A program made the translations under genes and the position numbers. A model generated the notes under the pieces. That model worked only from the letters and a program-made list of their open reading frames with translations. It had not been told where the DNA came from and searched no databases. A DNA stretch of 64,000 nucleotides, from positions 3,534,001 to 3,598,000 of the forward strand of contig CM120640.1 of NCBI GenBank assembly GCA_051362555.1, given 5' to 3'. Source of the DNA: Lingula anatina. Its lineage: Eukaryota; Animalia; Brachiopoda. Shown here in pieces: positions 1 through 12,594 of the stretch. How positions within the stretch are numbered: position 1 is the stretch's first letter; every line of letters begins with the position of its first letter.

Positions 1-393
1 ATAGGCCTACCGCAGGGCAGATCATACCAATCTAGTTCCTGGCTTACTCGGTTGGTTTTCATTACAGCCATATCGGACCATAGGCCACATCATGCAGTTA
101 GACAGAATCGTAAATTAAGCAAGCCATAATTAAATGCTGTTTTATAATCTTCATAAGGGATTTTAGTCAATAGGCTATAAAAAATATCATCATAAAAATA
201 AATGTTGTTTAAAAAAGACAAGACGATATTAAAAATATACCGAGCCAGCAAAATTGCACAGTAAGGATGATCATGCAAAAGGCATAACTTGTCTGTTTGC
301 AGTTAGACTCATCATTCAGTTGGCCTAAGGTAGGCCAAAGCGCCGCGGATGACCTATTTAATATGTAGGTCGCTGGCTCGCAAATATATGTGG

Positions 394-408
394 CACGTGA
401 CGTCACGT
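394..408. promoter_or_regulatory. Overlapping E-box (CACGTG) and CRE (TGACGTCA) palindrome just upstream of the APPBP2 start codon
   Basis: CACGTGACGTCACGT contains the perfect 14-bp palindrome ACGTGACGTCACGT (395-408), ending 17 bp before ATG 426, in a locally CpG-rich patch. Confidence 0.5.
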
Positions 409-425
409 TAGATGACAACAACATC

Positions 426-1659
426 ATGGCCGCGTCTGCGCTGGAGTGGGTCCCTGATTCTCTTTTTAATACTGCGATCTCGATTGTTGTTAAGCATTAT
501 TCTAAGTTTAGAAGGGAATTAAAAACCTTACCAGAAAATGTACAGTTTGATGTTTATTATAAGGTAAGTAGTTTGCTAAAAATGGAAATTATATTGGCTA
601 TCTGGGGGAAATGCTAGTCTTTTTCTCCTAGCGTGCTTTACAAAAACTAAAATCCTAAACATTGTTATTCAGTAACTAAATGTGAACGTAAGTACAGCTG
701 CTAAAAATTATAACCTTAATTCAGATGCCATAAGACTAAGTTCTTTGTGAGCGTGAAAATTAAACCAAACCAATTGTTACATACTCGTAGAGTTGATATG
801 TAATTCCTCCACATTTTGAATTTAATTAGGGCGTAATACGGCTCGTTTATACTGATAATTAGATGTAAGGGCAGTTAAATGTTTTGCCAGAATACTTTTG
901 AAGACATTTACGTAAGTCCGTTTTTACAGGTCACTCTAATACTTAAGTAGTGATTTCAAACCACCCATAGACTAATAGTAATCTTTTTAGAAATAGATAA
1001 CTGTATGCTATTTCATATGGATTTAAAATTTTCATTTTAATGGACATCATTGAGAATGTTGGTACCAATTAGAAAAATAAATGGAATTTGTTTTGTAAAT
1101 AATCTGATCCATTCCAAAGACAGTTACTGATAAATATTCATCAGATTAATTTAGTCACAGTCTCAGGCCTACCCAACTACCAGACTGGTCCCTGAATGAT
1201 CCCAATTTACTGGTAGATCAGATCACATTGCCCGTTTTCAAAGTGTGTGTCAGTTCGCATTTCACAGTATCATACCCGGAACAAAATTTGAGATGAAATG
1301 CACTACTTTCCAACCTCCACTACGGATCATCACTATCATATATCGCTTACTAGGCAACCTGAACAGTGGTATTGCGTCTGATACTTCGAAGTGCGTACTG
1401 ACACACACCTTGAAAATGAGTGGTGAGGCCTGGTAGTTCGGTAGGCCTGAGTTTGGAGGTTGGTTGCAAGATATATCTCCTCATTCTGAGGATGATATTA
1501 ACTATGTTGAAGTTTAGCCATCTCTATTGCTATAACTAACACAATATTCTGATTTTAAGTTGTACAGCAAGGGTCGGTTATGTCAACTTGGATTGGAATT
1601 CTCAGAACTGGATATATTTGCTGGTGTTTTGAAAGTAAATGACAAAAGGTGAGAAGTGT

Positions 1660-1706
<47 letters not shown>

Positions 1707-4700
1707 AGTGTGTGCTTACTGTAGTCAAAATCATGTTTTTATTTAAGTCAAAACCTAACTTTCCAGCCAAAACTAGAGTGTGCTTATGATTAGTTGTAGA
1801 ATTAGTCAATCAGTTTAGGCTATTTTAATACATATTTTGCATAATAGTATTAGACTAGACAACCATGGGTGTGGCCTTGGTAGAGTAAACTGTATACTAT
1901 GCCATGTCTTTGAATTGTCAGTTAAAATTGTGTTAAATGTTAAAGAATCATTACTAGTGAGAGTATAGCTGTGTACATTCCCTGTATCACACAAGAATTA
2001 TTACTACCAGTTTCTTCCAGAAGTCGAATAAAATCCACATGCCAATTATTTAACATGTCTACTTAAAGTGGATTAAGATAATGTAGTGATTGTATTTGGT
2101 ATATATCAATGTTTAAATGTTAGAATTACTATGACCTATAATCACAGACTGTATACCACAGATAAGAAAAACATGGTGTTATCATGTTAGCATACAACAT
2201 TAACCAGTAACCTTGATATGTGATGGCATAAGTAAAACATGGTTTCTTACATAATCTAAAGGTGTTTATCATCCATTGCCTTTAAAGTTCTTATTTACAA
2301 CAAAATTGACAATAAAACCAAAACGGCTCTTTTTGTAAGTAATTTCACAGAGAAGGTTGTTTCTAACATTGCAGACACTTGCTTCATCATTGTTTCCAAG
2401 CCCTGATGGATCATGGAGTAAGAACCTCAGAGACATTGTGTGATGCTTACAGACAGATGTGCTGTGTCAGGAACCATGCAGAGCCTTTTATAAGAGATAA
2501 AACACTCAAGCTGGGTCTCTTACTGGGTATGTAGGCTGAAATTCACTGGGAATAAAACCCTATAGAGTTTTTATTTATGTCGCACATTTTTGAAGTTATG
2601 ATTTGACAGTCTTATTGTGATAAATTATCCGAGAAAACAGGCTTTTTTATGTACAGACACAGATGTGTCTGTACATATAGCCATCATCTGCGTCTGTCGT
2701 CGCCGTCGTCGCTGTCGCCGTCGTTGCCGTCGTCGCCGTCGCCGTGCACTTTTACCGATAACACGATAAGTGGAAAACCATTTTGCCTTTTGATTTGAAA
2801 CTTGCAGAACTGATGAATATTCATAATACGCAGGTCAAGTTCGAAAATCAGCATGATCGGGTCACTCTTAGGGAATTTATGCTGTTTTTTCACTTTTTTC
2901 AACATATATGCAGCACCGATAACACGATAAGTGGAAAACCATTGTACCTTTTGACTTGAAACTTACAGAACTGATGAATATTCATAATATGCAGGTCAAG
3001 TTCGAAAATCGGCATGATTGGGCCATTTTTAGGGAATTTATGCTGTTTTTTCACTTTTTCAGCATATATGCAGCACCGATAACACAGTAAGTGGAACACC
3101 ATTTTACCTTTTGGCTTGAAACTTACAGAACTGATGAAAATTCTTAATACGCAGGTCAAGTTCGAAAATCAGCATGATTGGGCCATTTTTAGGGAATTTA
3201 TGCTGTTTTTTCACTTTTCAATATAAATGCAACACTGATAACACAATATAAGAAAAACGGATCGGCCAATTGGCATTATATTCACAGGAGTGGTCAATCT
3301 TACTTAAATGCAGGTTGAGTTCGAAAATCAGCATAATCGGGCCATTATTTTAGAAGTTATACTGTTTTTTCACATTTCCTCAGATTCAATTATTAGGCAT
3401 GTTAACAGTCTCATTATTGAACTAATTAGATGCGTAAAAGTGTTTGTTTGATATTTCCTGCATCTTTACAACATTGTTAGTTGATTATGTAAAAAACATG
3501 GTAAACTTGTTATCATGTATTGTGTAATAAAGTGTCAAAAATGGAAATAAACTCATATCATTGCAGTTTGTCAGATTCAATCATCCACTATGTTCAGAAT
3601 CTCAGAATGGAGGAAATTGGACATTTAACACTGTTCTATTGATACTTTTCCCATCTCATCAATTTTCTTAGTTGGTCATATAAAAATGGCAGTAAAATGT
3701 TTATTTTGTTTTATGTTAAAAAAGTGTTAAAAATGGAAATAAACCCATTTCAGGACAGTGCTGTCTTGTTTACATTTTGGCATTTTCAAGATGTGACTTT
3801 GAAGTTCCATGGGCCTGAAGACCTTTGCTTGTCATGTTTTCTGAATGTCCATGTTACTAATATTTTATTAATAACATTTAATGGTTATTATGCTGTTAAA
3901 CATTATGTAACGTTGCATCAAAATTTGAAGAAACCCCTATTTAGGGCACTGCTCCTATGATGACCATTTAAGGGAAAACATGTCACTTGCTGTTCTCAAA
4001 CTTACAAGAAAGAAACATGGGTCTAACATACAGCCTCAGTAGGCAATGCAGTCTGTTTGGTAAAATTTTCTGGCAATTTAACAGTTTTTTGTGAAAATTT
4101 AATTTTTCACTTATTGACATTTTCAAGGTGCGACTTAGAACCTCCACGGGCTTGAAGACCCTTGCTAGTCACATTTTCTGAAAATCCATGACACATATAT
4201 TTTATCATTTAAAATTGATGGTCATTATGCTGTTAAGCATTATGTAATGTTGCATCAAAATAGAAGAAAACACAATATTTGGTGCTGCTGCCATGATGAC
4301 CATTATGGGAAAACGGTGTTACTTATTACTGTCAAACTTTCAAAAAAGGAAACACAGGACTAAAATGCAGCCCGAGTTGGAAAAGCAGTCTAATTGGCTT
4401 CTTTTTCTGGAAGTTATACACGTAATGAAGTATTCATTATCTTTTTGGCATATTCATTGTGGGACTCAGAGCTCCCATGGACATGAAGCCTAATGGTAAT
4501 CAAATTTTCTACATGTCCATGCTATTTATAGTCAATAATCAAAAATTGGTGATAATTATTCTATAATTTATTATGTAATGTTACATCAAAATTGACAATA
4601 ATCTTTTTGCACTGCTACTGCAAACATTATGAAAAGAAAACTGTGTTACTTATTATTATATTTAACTTATAAGTACGATTTTTAGGATTGGCATGCAGTT

Positions 4701-7700
4701 CAAATTAGAAAGCCAGGTCAATTGGGTCATCATTTTTATTAAATTTATGCATTTTTTGTGAAATTTTCATTTTTCTCATTCTGGCACTTTCTAATTGAAA
4801 ACTTGAACTCTGATGGGCCTGGAGCCTTATGCTTTTACTTTCATCAGCATTACCTGTTGTGCATAATTAAAATTTTATGTTGACTGTGCAGTTAAACATA
4901 ATGTATTATTGCATCAGAATTGGGCAGTCTCCTGTTTTTGTGCATTATTGTTTTCTGCTTTTCTTAAGGTGTGACTTATGGGCCTGAAGACCTTTGATAG
5001 ACAAATTTGTGTGGTCAGTCTGTTAATTCCCCTTGGGTATTCACAAGGCTAATTTCAGTGCTATAAACTCATTTACCTAATTAAGTAGCCATTAATTGAA
5101 ATTTCATAAAGCACACTTGTTGATATTTCCCTGTTAAGCTCTCTGCCTAGATAACATAGTGTCCATAATAAGGAAGCAGTGAATAACAGCTTCATTAGAA
5201 TTATATTTTTGTTGTTTCTATTTAATTTTTTCTCCAACACTGGCATTTTTAAGATGTGATTTTTAACTCCCATCCACCTGAGGCTGTGCACATTTTCAGT
5301 ATTTCCACATAAGCAGCTGTATTGGTATTTATGTCTTTAAACACGATGTAATATTATTTTATGCACTGTCATCATTTTTCATATATAGGGACTTTCATCA
5401 TGTGAATTTTAACTCTCATGGTCCTGACATTGTAATCTTATTGAAAGGGTGGATTAAGACCATCTTCTGGGTCTCCTGGAAGACAGTCAGATTTTACAGT
5501 TTATATTAACGGGTTTCTGTTGGAAGACTATCAAAATGGAGGATGGATCAACAAAGATACTTTGGAATACTGTCAGAAAATATCTCTGAATCTGCTCCTG
5601 TTATTGACCATGTTACCTGTTGTGCATGATTAAAAATCAGTGTTGACTGACTGTGCTATTATAAGCATTTATTATTGCATCAAAATTGACATAATGACCT
5701 ATTTTGCATCTTTTTTTTTTCTGTTTTTTGTCTGTACATTTGACAGCTTTGCTGCCTTGTTTTTTCATTAAATCAGGCACATTTTATTCAGTTCTCATCA
5801 TGCCAGAATAAATTGCTTTTGATGTGGCTTTGTTTTTGACTTGAGGTAAATGTATTCGAAATTTGAGGTGCTGAAGCTCGTAATTATTAAATTTTCTTTC
5901 TTTGCCAACTTAGGTGGATTTCTCAGTGAAGCGGGCTGGTTTGTGGACAGTGAGAACGTAATACTATCTTGCCTTCAGATGTGTAAACAGCGTGAGGACA
6001 CCAAGCACTGGTATAAGGCTTTAGAATGCTGTGTCAGGTTAGGACTTGATCTTTGATGATTATGTCTTTTTGCAGAGCAGGCAGATCTTTCAAGGCCGAT
6101 TTTTTTAATATTAAGGATTCCTTGCAGTAATTGCTGTTTAATTAAGTATTCCATTTTTTTAAAGTAACTTTATGATAAGGACATAGGGTAACCGTTGCAA
6201 CATGTAATTGAACATTCTGGGTGCTCTTAATTTTAATTTATATCAGCTAAAATTGTATGTTATCTTTCTTCAGGTTGATGCACATTCGCAATGCTAACTG
6301 TAAATATGTTGAGGCAGAGCAGATCTATGTTGAAGCACGTACATACCTGGACAAGTTGTCTGAGAAAGGAATACAAGTTAACAAGTCTGCTCTTCACACT
6401 GAGATATGTGCACTCTTGTTTGCCAAAAGTCAGTATGACGAGGTATGTTTTATATGATTTTCTCACTTTATACACCCACTCATGCACACACAACAAAAAC
6501 CTTGCTTCCATTGGTGCTATTTTGTGTATTTTGTATTTATGCTGCTGGGCATGGAATTCAAGGCTTTGCTGAAAAGTAAATGCCACTGCAAGATGTCATG
6601 TGTGAACCTTCGTGAAAAAGAGTTTTGATTACTCAATCAGAATAGCTGAATACGGATTTTAGAAACCATATTATGAAATGGTAGACCTTAAAGTAATTCT
6701 AGACTGCATTCTGTGGTTTCTGTTTCTAAGGAATGACTTGCTTTTTTATGGATTCACATTTTACATATTGTATTTTAGGCTTACCATAATGCCATGCTTG
6801 CCTTGAAGGAACTTAACTCGTCTCTACCTGCAAAGGTATGCTGTGGGAGAAGTTGATTATGATTTAGTGTCATAGTAAATAAATTAATGTAAATTCTTTG
6901 AATAGAATTAAATACCTTGCCAGAAAATGTACAGTTTGACATTTATTTTATGGTAAGTAGTTGATAAAGCAGTTAAAATGATGTACCGGAAAGGCATGTT
7001 TCTGTAACATGTCCCTAAACTTTTATTGTAATTGCATTCTTGTTTTTATAACATTTTGGAAGGTAGAACTAGTGGGTTTCATTGTTTTTTTTTTCATCTC
7101 CTTTCAGACCATTGTAGATGTGTTGAGACAGTCTGCTAAGGTAAGTTTTATGAATATTAATACTGAGGCAGAAAGGCGCAGAAATAATGTCCCTTCTGCA
7201 TCAGTATAGGATTCAGTTTGGACAACTGTAGGATGATTTCTTTAGTAGCAACTCTTTGTGATAAAATTTTGATTTGTCACTGGAGTTTGAAAGTAAAGTA
7301 AAGAAGTTATTTATTTCTTGATACCAGGACTAAGTGCTTAATTCTTCCATATATGTTTATTGCCATTAGGGCATGAGTTTGTCTTTAAGCAGTTTTTATC
7401 AGGCAACAGGACTTCACTTGTAAATTTTTTATTAAGGTTTGTATTGGACAATCTAGCTTAATTATGAAAAACAAATGAAACTTTTGTACTTTCAGGCATG
7501 TGTTGTAAAAAGAGAGTTTAAGAAGGCAGAGTTGCTTGTGAAACATGCAGTTTACTTTGCCAAAGAGTTCTTTGGAACCAAACATCCAAAATATTCTGAT
7601 GCTTTGTTAGATTATGGTTTCTACTTGCTTAATGTGGATTCTATTTGTCAAGCTGTTCAGGTTTATCAGGTAAATGATATAGACTTATTCTGGCAGGTTT

Positions 7701-7717
7701 TCTTCTTGTTATTATTT

Positions 7718-7776
<59 letters not shown>

Positions 7777-9512
7777 TTTTTGCCTTAATAGTATCTTGGA
7801 TACATTAAAAATAAAAAATGATTACTTTAATTGAAGTGAAAGAAAATACTTGATGAAAAATTATAACGAATTAATGGGTAATAATGTACTAAAATTCAGG
7901 CTGCTTTGGACATTCGTCAGTCGGTATTTGGTGGAAACAACTTGCATGTGGCAGTGGCACATGAGGACTTGGCCTATGCTACATATGTACACGAATACAG
8001 CTCAGGAAAGTTCAGTGATGCCAGGTAAGTCTAGGAACTGATTTTCAGCACTGCATGTCTTGGGCAACTTTTTCAAACATTTTTGAGTTAGGCTTTTTGC
8101 GAACAAAGCCAAAAACATAACCTACTTAGTAGAGAAAATGATCTTGTCTGCCTTCATTGTAAAATGTTTTTTGGTTTTCTTTTGTGTCTTGCAGGTATCT
8201 TTATAAATTTAATGTGAATTTATATTATTTTTATGTACAGACACAGATGTGTCTGTACATATTGCCATATTAATAGTGTTTGTTTGACATTTCCTGCATC
8301 TTTACAACATTGTTAGTTGATTTTATAAAAATGATGGTTAATTTGTTATCGTGTATTGTGTAATAAAGTTTCAAAAATGGAAATAAACTCATATCATTGC
8401 AGTTTGTCAGATTCAATCATTCACTATGTTCAGAATCTCAGAATGGAAGAAAACACAATTTTGGGTGCTGCTGCCATGATGACCATTATGGGAAAACCAT
8501 GTTACTTATGATTGCCAAACTTTCAAAAAAGAAATACAGGACTAAACAATGCAGCCTGAGTTGGAAAAGCAGTCTAATTGACTTCTTTTTCTGGAAGTTT
8601 TACATTTTCAAAGTGTGAACTTGAACTCCCATGGGCCTGAAGCCTTATGCTTGTTACACATTTTACTTACATTGGTATTACCTGTTGAGCATAATTAAAA
8701 TTTGAAGTTGAATTTGCAGTTTAACATAATGTACTTTTGCATCAGAATTGACAGTAGCCTATTTTGTTATTTCCTGTTTTTTGTCTGTACATTTGACAGC
8801 TTTGCTGCCTTGTTTTTTTATATTATTTTTTACCCACAGCATATTCATGCACCATTGTCTTGTCCATTGTATATGTTTTTATTTATTGTGATCTTAATTA
8901 TTTTATTAGGGAGCATGCAGAAAAAGCCATCAAGATCATCACCAGTATATTGCCTGAAGACCACTTGCTACTCGCATCTTCAAAGAGGGTAAAAGGTAAA
9001 TTAGAGTCATGGCTTTGCTACAAGTTAAAGTGAATTTTCGACATAAACTTGGCTTACTGAGTTCAGTGGAATGTTTTGCCAACCAAAATGTACTAATGCT
9101 ATCTTCTAAAAATGCCAGAGCAAGTGATGTATAATGTATAGCTACAATAAAGTGTCCTTGGTTTACTTTGTGCCCAGCACTGATATTGGAAGAGATAGCC
9201 ATAGACAGTCATAACAAGGAGATAGAAGAGAGACTGTTACAAGAATCACAGGACTTACACCTGGCATCTTTAGCACTGGCTAAGAAGGCATTTGGAGAGA
9301 ATAATGTACAGACAGCTAAACACTATGGAAACCTCGGTAGATTGTACCAGTCCATGCATAGATATCAGGTTGGGTGACATTTTGGAAAACAGAATATATT
9401 GGATATTTTTAAAAGAAGAGTCACATTAATGTTTTTACTTTATTATATTTCATTTTACTGTCTCAAAAACCTTTGATATAGTAGGTCTAGAGAGAGAGAG
9501 TGAGAGAGAGAG

Positions 9513-9557
<45 letters not shown>

Positions 9558-10309
9558 TTTCCATGTCAGAAAAAGGCATGCGTATGTATACAACCATTTT
9601 ACCATCATCTTCTCAGGAGGCAGAAGAAATGCACCAGAAAGCCATAGAGATCAAGGAGCGTCTTCTGGGGAGTGAAGACTATGAGGTGGCCCTGTCTGTG
9701 GGCCATCTGGCCTCTCTCTACAACTATGATATGAAGAAATATCCTGAGGCAGAACAGCTGTACCTGAGGTCTATAGCTGTGGGTCAGTAGAATAGACTGG
9801 CCTTCTTTGGCTTTAGTAGATTGAATTAAAGTAAACTAAGAAATCTGACCTTTATATTAGAAAGCTATAAAATCAGTGCATACCCATCTTGCTTGTATGG
9901 ATAGCGAGTCTTTACATCTCATGCCTAACATATATCACACAACATTTTGTGAGAAGTTGGCTAATAAGTTAATGAGGTAAACTACATGACTTTGCACATT
10001 TTCACCCAAAATGTTATACCAATATTATTAAGAATACCACATTAATAAGTTAGTTTACATCTGTTCACATACTTTTCAGGTAAGAAGCTGTTTGGTTCAG
10101 GTTACAGTGGACTGGAATATGATTACCGTGGACTGCTAAGGTTATATCATTCCCTAGGTGATACACTGAAATCAGTGGAATACAGTCTCATTCTACAGGA
10201 GTGGAACCAGATACGAGATCGTACAAATCAGGAGGAAATCAAACCCTTGGATTTTGAGAGGCCTTTAGAAGACACCACACTTCTAGTGAAGAAATTCTTT
10301 GAGCTGTGA
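426..10309 (+). CDS. APPBP2: Amyloid protein-binding protein 2 (PAT1; TPR-repeat CRL2 substrate receptor), 13 coding exons
   Basis: GT-AG exons at about 426-563, 1560-1648, 2375-2526, 5914-6037, 6274-6441, 6779-6835, 7108-7140, 7496-7669, 7900-8024, 8910-8995, 9178-9368, 9617-9782 and 10080-10309 join in frame. Diagnostic peptides: MAASALEWVPDSLFNTAIS, GGFLSEAGWF, HPKYSDALLDYGFYLLNVDSICQ, FGENNVQTAKHYGNLGRLYQSM, DYEVALSVGHLASLYNYDM, GYSGLEYDYRGL. Stop TGA at 10307-10309. Confidence 0.95.
1162..1451. mobile_element. MITE-like element with 22-bp terminal inverted repeats in APPBP2 intron 1
   Basis: CTCAGGCCTACCCAACTACCAG (1162-1183) and CTGGTAGTTCGGTAGGCCTGAG (1430-1451) are inverted with one mismatch. 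The interior is non-coding and no clear TSD is seen. Confidence 0.65.
2643..5765 (+). mobile_element. Non-autonomous Helentron/HINE (DINE-1-like) element, about 3.1 kb, in APPBP2 intron 3
   Basis: 5' T-run, palindrome ATGTACAGACACA-GA-TGTGTCTGTACAT (2649-2676), (GTC/GCC)n microsatellite (about 2690-2745), about four ~160-bp tandem units (starts 2755, 2916, 3076, 3235), then diverged ~335-bp units. It ends with subterminal IR TGTCTGTACAT (5729-5739), hairpin GACAGC-TTT-GCTGCC (5742-5756) and a T-run. Confidence 0.75.
7715..7779. repeat. (TTTA)n microsatellite
   Basis: Directly visible tetranucleotide run in an APPBP2 intron. Confidence 0.9.
8228..8819 (+). mobile_element. Internally deleted (~590 bp) copy of the same HINE family in APPBP2 intron 9
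   Basis: Same 5' palindrome (8233-8260) and same 3' end TGTCTGTACATTTGACAGCTTTGCTGCCTTG plus T-run. The interior matches segments of 3440-3610, 4260-4415 and 4800-4935. Confidence 0.75.
9489..9555. repeat. Compound (GA)n(GT)n microsatellite
   Basis: Directly visible. Confidence 0.9.
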
Positions 10310-12594
10310 ATGTGGTATCTTAACTGTGTTTGATGCTTCGTATTGTGTTTGACGGCTTTCATGTGCAATAGGAAGATCATGTTTTGAAGTGCATTGCAAT
10401 ATGAACTGCTCGTTTCATAAAAGTTCTGTATACCAGGGAATAAATCCCTGTGGTGGTTTCCTTTGTCCATACTTTATAGCTTGATTTAAGGGTTTATGCT
10501 CAGTGGATACCCAAGTTCAGCAAAAAGAGTGTTTCTTCACAGGACATTCTTTTTGGAATACTGCGGTGCTGGCTTACCTAATCTTGAATATTTACAGTCA
10601 TAAGTAAATGATATTCAGACATACTGAAGATAAAACATTGCAGTTTGATGTAAGGAATGATATTTTTTGCTTTGACAGCCAGCATATAAAAACAGTGGGA
10701 AACATCTTAGCTGAAAATGAGGCTGTTGGCAGTGCATGATGTCATATGAGATGAAAAAATGTGCAAGAATTGAGTTGGGATTTAATTTATGAGCTATAAG
10801 GGTGGAAATCATTGTACTGGGAATGTCATCTTAGCAATACAAAAGTGACACATAAATCAGGAGTTTGGACTGTTGAGTATTGTACAATAGCTTGTAATTT
10901 TACTACATCCAAAAAACATCTGTGGAGTAATTCTGTAGGTTTTTATTCATTACCCCAATCACTTCTATACCCCACTTGATTTTAGTAAAGTTAGGAGACT
11001 GGGCTATCTGGACTTATTTCCATTGACATGAACAGTTTACTGCAAGGATGTACAAGATGGGCTTTGTCTTAAATAGAGAGGACTTCATTTTGGTACATTG
11101 AAATATTTTGCAGATTACAAAACTGCTAACATTAATTTCAAGCCAGGAGTTTGTCATTTTTGTTATGTAATGAGTGTATAATGCTTGCAGATTAATTTTG
11201 TTAACAATCATGGATTTAAGTCTTACAGGCCAGTTGGAGGGGTGATGAACCACCCTTTTTTCCTGGAAATGGTTGGCTCTGAATCTAAATATGAAATACT
11301 CTATGTGCCATTATGACAATAAAGTACACTTTATCAGAAAAAGAACCTTTCCCATTTGAAATTGCTGGCTATTGGCCTGTTTAATGTGGACGAGAGTCTG
11401 GATAATGTAACAGGTTCTGACTTTTTTCTTGTTGTTACAGGTAATTCAGAAATTAATTACAGTTGTTTTTTTCAGTAAAATGCTGCACTGCCAGAAACAC
11501 CACAGAAGTTATAATCTTAGGAAATATTAAGGGGAAAATCAAGTAACTTGTGTAATCTCCCAATAAGTATCAGTATTACAATGTACATTTAGCACTACTT
11601 TAAATGTGACACAAGTACATCCTAGAAAAAAATTATCAACACAGTGGACTTGGCTCCAGGATAGGCAACAATTGACATACAGGATTGTATCACTTAGCTT
11701 CAGCTGACTAAACTGTGATATTGTCATTTGGTGCTACTTGTATATAGTGCTTTAAGCTATACAATAAGATATCATGTTACAAGTCATGGTTCATTAAATG
11801 AGACTGCTTGCTGAGCACATATGTGTAATATTATTTTAGTGTCTAATTGTGTTAAGAGGAGTTGATGGGTGACTGCAATTGTGAATGAAGTAAGGAGATT
11901 CAATTGTTCGTTCAGATTTCTGGTTGAGATGTCAGTAAAAAGTGCGTTATCTAGGCAAACCTAGTGCTTCAGTTCGACTGGTTCTTGGTAGCTGCTGATG
12001 TTCTTGGAACTAATCCGTATCAGTTCAACGTCTGGAGTAGTTGATTTATATAATGTGTGTACTGCAAGAGTCATTAGGTGCAATTGCTTTGTCAGCTTTC
12101 TGCTAGACATGTAACCTGTGTTTGTAGTTCAAGAGCAACACCTTTGGCTTCATTTTATATTCATGCTGTTAAAGAGGAGCTCTTCAAGTATTTTTATTCC
12201 ATACTGTAGAATCTAATGAAAATATTTAACCTCAGTTTAGGTTATTATTTATGAAACCATGAAACAACTGATATCATAGAATTTTATTTATTTAGCATAC
12301 ATCCTATGTACTTAGTTAATAATAATAATATACAGGGTATGTCTGTAATATAATATTGCCAATATCAATGAATAAAATAACTCCTCACACATGCTTTAGT
12401 GAATCTGAAATGTGATGGCTTATATTTTGATGAAGGAAAAATATGTCTGTATACACTAGATGGAGTAATCCATGAATGTGCATCAATAAATCTGAAAATG
12501 GTAAAAACATGTTCTTCATCTGTCAATATGTTCCAGTATACAAGTCTGGCCTTGACCAAAATAAATAAACAGATAAATAAGTTTCTCACAGCCA

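Noticed and set aside
1663-1705. Long homopolymers (T run here; G run 28988-29007; C run 60449-60481)
   Set aside because: Simple sequence with unreliable length; the poly-Lys and poly-Pro ORFs over them are artefacts.
2684-3159. Minus-strand ORFs with repeated peptides
   Set aside because: Translations of the 160-bp tandem units and the GTC microsatellite.
10310-12594. Possible overlap of convergent APPBP2 and NOC4L 3' UTRs
   Set aside because: Several AATAAA-like hexamers occur on both strands; transcript ends cannot be fixed from sequence alone.
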